Part shown: positions 55,759-61,226 of the stretch, piece by piece
How the letters are laid out: each line of letters begins with the position of its first letter
How positions within the stretch are numbered: the stretch's first letter is position 1
IMG/VR virus record: IMGVR_UViG_3300044825_001003
Location: 38,749-102,748 of that record
Reading direction: 5' to 3' (one strand)
Length of the DNA stretch: 64,000 nucleotides
Source: a virus
The notes under the pieces: generated by a model
Seen by the model: the letters and a program-made list of their open reading frames with translations, nothing else
What the model was told of the DNA's origin: nothing
Database searches by the model: none
Made by a program: the position numbers and the translations under genes

Positions 55759-55904
55759 GAGTGGTCCTGATGATGACTGTTTAGCTGTTCATGAGGAAAG
55801 CCTGTTCACGTTACGTGAAAATGTCGTTTCAGTGAAATTGCTTATACAGTCTGGGTTGATTTGCGGAGGCTTGGCGCTAACCTAATGCCTCCGCTTTTTA
55901 TTTT
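55759..55904 (+). ncRNA. Predicted antisense RNA to the initiator leader
   Basis: Bounded by the plus-strand promoter and plus-strand terminator inside a minus-strand operon. Confidence 0.5.
55863..55904 (+). terminator. Intrinsic terminator, antisense orientation
   Basis: GCGGAGGC...GCCTCCGC-TTTTTATTTT; U-tract only on the plus strand. Confidence 0.7.
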
Positions 55905-56508
55905 ACATCCGCCGACTGCCGAAAATGATTCTTTCTAACTCTTCTATTTCTTCTTGATTTTCCATTTCTATAATTCTGTCAAAGAACTTCGTGGTTTTGA
56001 ACTTCGAACTTTCAGGACTGTATGGATCTGGCCCTAAGCCTCTTTCGTATTTGTCTATAGCCATCTCAACTTCCATTCTCTCCATTATTTCTTCCATTTC
56101 TTCACTAGGAGTTTTTGATTCTATGTGATAGAAAACCCCGTGTTTACTATAGGCGCTGGCCAGTTCAGCGTATTCCGTGCGGCGTGTCTTTTCCTGTATC
56201 TCGGGAGTAATTGTATTTGTATTTATCTTGTATGAATTCCATCCGTCTTTTCTTTTCTTGCTTGAAATATACTGCATTTTCTGTAGTTCGCTCATCTTTC
56301 TGTGTATCGTCCTTGTTGATTGCGTGTTAAAGAAAAGCCTGTTAAGTTCTGCTGCGCTGATCTTTACCCATTCATCCGGCCTTCCAGATTTCCTTATCGA
56401 AGCGTGCTCGATTGCTGTCATGATTAGGGCAGAAAGCATGTCTCCTGTAATTGCAAGGTAGTCGGTTAATATTTCAATTTTGCAATCTGTAGCTCGATGG
56501 TTAGTCAT
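55903..56508 (-). CDS. wHTH protein paralogous to the initiator N-terminus
   Basis: DYLAITGDMLSALI...EWVKISA vs DYMLATGDVAMAAI...NWVSTNA. Confidence 0.75.
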   Translation of the reverse strand: MTNHRATDCKIEILTDYLAITGDMLSALIMTAIEHASIRKSGRPDEWVKISAAELNRLFFNTQSTRTIHRKMSELQKMQYISSKKRKDGWNSYKINTNTITPEIQEKTRRTEYAELASAYSKHGVFYHIESKTPSEEMEEIMERMEVEMAIDKYERGLGPDPYSPESSKFKTTKFFDRIIEMENQEEIEELERIIFGSRRM

Positions 56509-56570
56509 AAACTTTACCCCGGCCAGATTGCTCCAGCCGGGGCTTCCTTCCCTTGGATAAAGTCCAACCG

Positions 56571-56873
56571 TTACGCAGGTTGGCCGCTAGATTCCAACGG
56601 TGGCTCCGTTGGGAGGTCTTCGCTCTGGAAATATGACTGGCCGCAGCACTTGCATTTAATCCATGAGCCAAAGTTAATCATACCCTCGGCGTCCATTTGG
56701 GACAAGGCCATAGTCGCCGGGGTCATTCGCTTCTTTTCTTTGTCGTCTGTCCGATAGGGAACGTAGTCTATCCGATAGATGCCGTACTCATCCTCATAGC
56801 TTTCGTTCTCTACGGTGTAGCAGACGGTCTTGCTGCCCTCGATCCTATACTTCCGCTGGACCACTCGGCTCAT
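56571..56873 (-). CDS. Hypothetical protein
   Basis: 100-aa ORF within the operon. Confidence 0.55.
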   Translation of the reverse strand: MSRVVQRKYRIEGSKTVCYTVENESYEDEYGIYRIDYVPYRTDDKEKKRMTPATMALSQMDAEGMINFGSWIKCKCCGQSYFQSEDLPTEPPLESSGQPA

Positions 56874-57013
56874 TTAGCGCCGCCTTTCTGTAGGCTGAGG
56901 TTATGATTTCAGTCTTAATATACGGAGAAAGTAACTGCAATTTCTTCAGTAACTCATCCATCTTAGACTGATTTCCTTCGATCTGTAAGTCGGAGACGGG
57001 GCATATAGCCCCG

Positions 57014-58327
57014 TTAGTTCTCGGGTACAGCATCCGATTCCTCCGACTCCATATCGACGACGCCAGAATCGAGCATCTTGCTTTCCCATTCCAGGAACGC
57101 GAAGTTCTTATGCTTGAAGGCAAGCGAATGATCCAGGCGGTCAATCCGGACGACCACGCCTTCAGCCGGAACCTTGAAGTCGTGATACTTGCACATCTTC
57201 CCTTCGACAAGGCTGGTGTTTACGGTTTCCAGGAACTTCTCTTCCCATTCCCCTTGGACCGGGAAAGCAAAGTCATAAGCCCGTCCGTAGTAGATCTCCG
57301 GAACATGGTCAAGTCCAAGCTTCTGGCAGAACTCAACAACTTGCGGCCAGGAAAGCTCGACCACTTTACCGCTGTTGCTGGTCACGGTCACTCGATAGAC
57401 GTAAAGCTTGTGCTTCTTCTCCAGGCAGCCATAGTGGTAGCCCTTCTGGATCGGAGAACCTTCCTTGGTATAGCCGACGATCTCCCCGTAGATCGTGTAC
57501 CCCTGTGGGATTAGTTCCTTAATCTCGTTAAAGGTATCGGTCCAGACGTCGGTATCGTAGTAGTGGCTGGCGTCCTGCTTGGGTTCACCGACCCCCTTGA
57601 CGACTCGGCGCGAAGACCAGACGTAATCGTACTCTTCGTCTTTGATGTTGACGCCGAGTTTAACTAGGGCCTTCTCCCACCAGGACAGCTTGCGCTTAAC
57701 CAGGAGGTTGCCGAACACCGCGCTTGTGCCGTGCAGTTTATCGGTAATCGAGATGATCGAGTTGGGCTTGATCTGATCCAGGTTGCGGCTGAGTTTGGCG
57801 GTATCGTAGTGAAAAGCGAACTGCCCTTCCTTGATATTGTCCTCAAGCGAAACCTTGCGAACCTGCTGACGGTAGCTGCCGGATGCGCGGTTCATGCGAG
57901 GAACGTACTTGCGGCAGATGACTGTATCGTTGATCTTGTCGAACTCCGTACCAATGGCTATGGTTTCCGGCTGGTCGATAAAGCTAGTCAGTGAGGATAT
58001 GGGGATATAGAACCCCTCGGACTTGTGGCCGCGAAACTTAACGGCCCGAATCCGCCCGTGTTCCTCGAAGTATCCCTTCTTGGTATTGTCGGCATTTAGA
58101 GAGGCGTCACGATGGAGGTTGTTAGTCCGCAGGAAATCCTTGGTTAGCTGCGTCTCAACCGGGAAGAAGATACCGATGTCTCCCTCTTTGGTGTCCTTGC
58201 TGACGATAACCGAGCAGCCAAAGATGATAGCCGCCTTTACGTTATCGCAGTTTTCCAGCTTGCGGAAGTGTTTGAGTTGAACCACTGTCGCACAGTAGTT
58301 CTTATTGATTGGGTTTTCGATTTTCAT
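57014..58327 (-). CDS. ATP-dependent RNA ligase (Rnl2/DRB0094-like, N-terminal OB-type domain)
   Basis: Motif I TDKLHGTS, SRR, YGEIVG, HVP, EGVVVR, FKHK; N-terminal VKFRGHKSEG. Confidence 0.88.
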   Translation of the reverse strand: MKIENPINKNYCATVVQLKHFRKLENCDNVKAAIIFGCSVIVSKDTKEGDIGIFFPVETQLTKDFLRTNNLHRDASLNADNTKKGYFEEHGRIRAVKFRGHKSEGFYIPISSLTSFIDQPETIAIGTEFDKINDTVICRKYVPRMNRASGSYRQQVRKVSLEDNIKEGQFAFHYDTAKLSRNLDQIKPNSIISITDKLHGTSAVFGNLLVKRKLSWWEKALVKLGVNIKDEEYDYVWSSRRVVKGVGEPKQDASHYYDTDVWTDTFNEIKELIPQGYTIYGEIVGYTKEGSPIQKGYHYGCLEKKHKLYVYRVTVTSNSGKVVELSWPQVVEFCQKLGLDHVPEIYYGRAYDFAFPVQGEWEEKFLETVNTSLVEGKMCKYHDFKVPAEGVVVRIDRLDHSLAFKHKNFAFLEWESKMLDSGVVDMESEESDAVPEN

Positions 58328-58341
58328 TCTGTCTCCTTTAC

Positions 58342-58764
58342 TTAATCCGTGTACGCAACATATTCAAAATGCCCGTTTCCGAAGCTATTGAATCTGCCGC
58401 CAAAAGTTCCGCGAACCTCTTTCTCGACCTCGGCCTGCGTTGTCCCTTCCGGGTAGACGCCACGCTTTAACATTGTGAAATGTGTATGAGGTAGATTATG
58501 CCAGTCTATCTTGGTTGGGTCAAGTTTCCGTGGCTCCCACGCAACGTAGGTGTCAGTCTTCCGGTCAACCGCTACTCGGTATCCATTCTCGTAGATATCA
58601 TCCTTGCCTCGCCAGTCGCACTCAGGGCAGTAAGCCCGATCCTCGGTGCATCGACTACACGGAGGGCAGATGTGGCACGAGCAGTTCTCTACTTCTGACT
58701 CGGCAATAATTCCCTTGCATCCTTTGCGTCGGCACTGTTCGCCCGCTTCGTACCCGTATTCCAT
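58342..58764 (-). CDS. Cys-rich phage protein
   Basis: Multiple CxxC/CxC; C-terminal GTFGGRF..FEYVAYTD; AGGAG RBS. Confidence 0.7.
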   Translation of the reverse strand: MEYGYEAGEQCRRKGCKGIIAESEVENCSCHICPPCSRCTEDRAYCPECDWRGKDDIYENGYRVAVDRKTDTYVAWEPRKLDPTKIDWHNLPHTHFTMLKRGVYPEGTTQAEVEKEVRGTFGGRFNSFGNGHFEYVAYTD

Positions 58765-58955
58765 GGCTGCTTGTTCTCCTTTACCGGGACATAGTAAACC
58801 CCGTGGTCGTTTCGGAATTCTTCTTTAATGAATCCCATCTCAACCAGCTTGCGTAGCTTTTTCTTGATCGCTGGGTTGCTGTAATACTCATACCAGAATC
58901 GGTTCTTGGATCTGGTGATCTGCAAGATCTTGTCGATAGCCAAGCCTTTATTCAT
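58689..58955 (-). CDS. Hypothetical protein
   Basis: ATGA coupling; GGAGG RBS. Confidence 0.55.
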   Translation of the reverse strand: MNKGLAIDKILQITRSKNRFWYEYYSNPAIKKKLRKLVEMGFIKEEFRNDHGVYYVPVKENKQPWNTGTKRANSADAKDARELLPSQK

Positions 58956-59824
58956 CTCTCCCCTCCCGAACTCTCCGGGATTTCCGGATGGTTGACCTTT
59001 TTCCCGGCGTCGGTAATATGGTCGCGCTCGGCGGCGATGGCGTCGGCACGGTCGATCAGTTGATTTTGTGTAACGTGCGGTAGGTCGTCATGGAACACCG
59101 TGCCGCAGTCTTCCGCGGCCAACCGCCGCAACTCCTCCTCCGCCCCGATGGACCGCTCCCGCCGCCGCAGGTCGTCGAGCGCGGCGGGCGGGGATACTCT
59201 GTCTCCATCCATCGTGTTGAGCCACGGTCGCAGTAGACCCACGATCTGCGAGGTGTGCGCCTTTCCCTCAAACTCGACCGAAGCGTTCAGGTCCTCAGCG
59301 ATCTCAAAAGCATCCCCGATAGCTTCCGTGACCAATGCCTGCCACGCCAGCATCCCGGCCTCGCGTTCGCGGGCGTCGAGAGAAGACTTGACGGCGGCAA
59401 TAACGTGATTCGGATCGGACGGAATATCACCAAATATTTCTGCTATTTCGTCGAGTCCTTTTTGGGCGTAAGCAAACTCGGCCGCGTGAATGTCATTCAC
59501 CGCCCGCAACTCCGCCAACTCCTTTGCCGCCGCCTCAGCCGCCTCCATCTCGGAGTGGAAGCCGCGATTCGGCAGGGCCGCTTTCAGCGTGTCGAAGACG
59601 ATGTTCGCGCTGTTGTCACGGACCTCAATCTCGGATTCGAGTTCGCGGACGCGCTTTTGTGTCTCCCGCAGTTCAATGGCTGCGACCTCGTGCAATTCCT
59701 TCCACCGCTCAGCAATTCTCAGTGATTCCTCCCCTGCCTCGGTCAGCAGTTCGTTCTGCCGCCGAGCCTCACGCAGTTCGGATTTAAGGATCATTTGACT
59801 GTCACTTAACTCAGAGAAGAACAT
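58952..59824 (-). CDS. Coiled-coil accessory protein (GC-rich gene)
   Basis: AAGGAG RBS; Ala/Glu heptads. Confidence 0.7.
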   Translation of the reverse strand: MFFSELSDSQMILKSELREARRQNELLTEAGEESLRIAERWKELHEVAAIELRETQKRVRELESEIEVRDNSANIVFDTLKAALPNRGFHSEMEAAEAAAKELAELRAVNDIHAAEFAYAQKGLDEIAEIFGDIPSDPNHVIAAVKSSLDAREREAGMLAWQALVTEAIGDAFEIAEDLNASVEFEGKAHTSQIVGLLRPWLNTMDGDRVSPPAALDDLRRRERSIGAEEELRRLAAEDCGTVFHDDLPHVTQNQLIDRADAIAAERDHITDAGKKVNHPEIPESSGGER

Positions 59825-59841
59825 GATATCTCCTTTATTCG

Positions 59842-60036
59842 TTAAAAAGTTCTCTGCGATTTACGGTGGTAAAAGTTAGCGCCGCCAAAGTATTCCTCAC
59901 GACTAATTCCGGGGATGCGCTGAACCTTTACGTTGGGCGGAACGATTACCTTTGCCACTTTCTCTTCTGGCTTTTCTTTCTCAAGGCAGATGTCAGTGCC
60001 ACGGTACTTGGATCGGTTTGCAGTTCGCTTAGGCAT
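59842..60036 (-). CDS. Small hypothetical protein
   Basis: GAGGTG RBS. Confidence 0.6.
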   Translation of the reverse strand: MPKRTANRSKYRGTDICLEKEKPEEKVAKVIVPPNVKVQRIPGISREEYFGGANFYHRKSQRTF

Positions 60037-60298
60037 TTGTCACCTCGATATCGAAGTCGTCGTAATCAAAGATAGCTTCAAGGCTTTGGTAAGTACAGTC
60101 CCTAATCGCCTCCCTGAGCTGATGGGTAAATTCATTATCTGCGTCCAGGATAATCATTAAGAACTCATCTTTTGTCAGCTTGATATTAAGCTTTCCGCGC
60201 TTCTCGATGGACGTAACCATCCCCTCATGCTGGCCTTTAATTGATCCAGGGTCAGGCTCGGTGATCTTAATTGGCCAGATGTCTCCGGTGATTTTCAT
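60029..60298 (-). CDS. Small hypothetical protein
   Basis: AAGGAG RBS. Confidence 0.65.
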   Translation of the reverse strand: MKITGDIWPIKITEPDPGSIKGQHEGMVTSIEKRGKLNIKLTKDEFLMIILDADNEFTHQLREAIRDCTYQSLEAIFDYDDFDIEVTNA

Positions 60299-60319
60299 TC
60301 TCGTTCTCCTTGGTTTGAT

Positions 60320-60568
60320 TTATGGCAGAAACCCGCAAACAATCACTGCCGATCCGCTCTTAACTATCTCTGTTGGGAATTCTTTGAGATGTACATTCCG
60401 AAGCCTCCATGTAGTTTGGTCATACATTAGCTTGCTGAGTTCGTCAATTTTTTCTTCTGGATGATCTGGGTGATTGATGTACATTCTGTCGAGGTGCCGG
60501 TAGTCCCCTTCGATAATCACGAAGTCGATACCTGCTTCTAGTTGATCCCAGATTATTACGGTTTTCAT
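60320..60568 (-). CDS. Small hypothetical protein
   Basis: AAGGAG RBS. Confidence 0.7.
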   Translation of the reverse strand: MKTVIIWDQLEAGIDFVIIEGDYRHLDRMYINHPDHPEEKIDELSKLMYDQTTWRLRNVHLKEFPTEIVKSGSAVIVCGFLP

Positions 60569-60584
60569 TTTATTCTCCTTGGTT

Positions 60585-60658
60585 TGGCTGGCGAGGGAGG
60601 AATCGAACCTCCATACCGGGAGTCAAAGTCCCGTGTTCTGCCGTTGAACTACTCGCCA
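60585..60658 (-). tRNA. tRNA-Gln(UUG)
   Basis: Acceptor TGGCGAG/CTCGCCA, G73, encoded CCA, loop CT-TTG-AC, GTTCGATT T-loop. Confidence 0.95.
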
Positions 60659-60662
60659 ATGT

Positions 60663-60739
60663 TGGTACTCCCGATAGGACTTGCACCTATGGCCTTTCGC
60701 TTAGGAGGCGAACGCTCTGTCTGACTGAGCTACGGGAGT
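60663..60739 (-). tRNA. tRNA-Arg(CCU)
   Basis: Acceptor ACTCCCG/CGGGAGT, TTCGC-CTCCTAA-GCGAA anticodon arm, encoded CCA; T-loop TGCAAGT. Confidence 0.92.
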
Positions 60740-60745
60740 TTAAGC

Positions 60746-60821
60746 TGGTGGTCCCACTAGGGCTCGAACCTAGAACTGACAGATTATGAGTCTGCTCTTC
60801 TACCGATTGAAGTATGGGACC
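60746..60821 (-). tRNA. tRNA-CAU (probably Ile2; elongator Met not excluded)
   Basis: GGTCCCA/TGGGACC, loop CTCATAA, paired 1-72 so not initiator, encoded CCA. Confidence 0.9.
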
Positions 60822-60835
60822 GAAGTTGATAGATA

Positions 60836-60864
60836 AGCTTAACCTAATATCGAACTTGAGTCAA
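60836..60864 (-). promoter_or_regulatory. Putative promoter for the tRNA cluster
   Basis: Minus strand TTGACT-N17-TAAGCT, 14 nt upstream of the first tRNA. Confidence 0.6.
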
Positions 60865-60866
60865 GC

Positions 60867-61031
60867 TTAAATCCCTGTCCATTTTTGCTTCTCAACATCC
60901 CATCTGCACCCCTTGTATATCGACCCGTCATGGCGTATGGATCTGTCGTAGTATACCCAGAGGATTCTCTCATGCCACCTACCGGCTAGGTATCCAGCGA
61001 CAAGGAAAGTTAATGAGGCGAGGATAATCAT
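60867..61031 (-). CDS. Small membrane protein (54 aa, not in the ORF track)
   Basis: MIILASLTFLVAGYLAGRW...; GGAG RBS; starts 1 nt after the upstream stop. Confidence 0.5.
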   Translation of the reverse strand: MIILASLTFLVAGYLAGRWHERILWVYYDRSIRHDGSIYKGCRWDVEKQKWTGI

Positions 61032-61032
61032 G

Positions 61033-61224
61033 CTAATCTCCGAAGATCTTGCTTACGCTTTCCATTCGATTGTTTTTCGTTACGGTTTCAACGACTCCCG
61101 AATCTTCAGTTCCCTGCTCTGCTTTGTAGATAGGGACATCCTCGGCGCAGTCCTCGCATTGGTTGATAAATCCAGGTTTCTTTGGGGCGGGAGCAAACTC
61201 CAGGCCGCAGTCTCTGCAAGTCAT
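61033..61224 (-). CDS. Small zinc-ribbon protein
   Basis: CRDC...CEDC; GAGG RBS. Confidence 0.65.
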   Translation of the reverse strand: MTCRDCGLEFAPAPKKPGFINQCEDCAEDVPIYKAEQGTEDSGVVETVTKNNRMESVSKIFGD

Positions 61225-61226
61225 GA

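Noticed and set aside
55767-55799. CTGATGA...GAAA resembling a hammerhead ribozyme core
   Set aside because: No stem II closes between the two core segments and no matching stems I/III were found.
60542-60724. Plus-strand 60-aa ORF
   Set aside because: It is the reverse complement of the tRNA genes.
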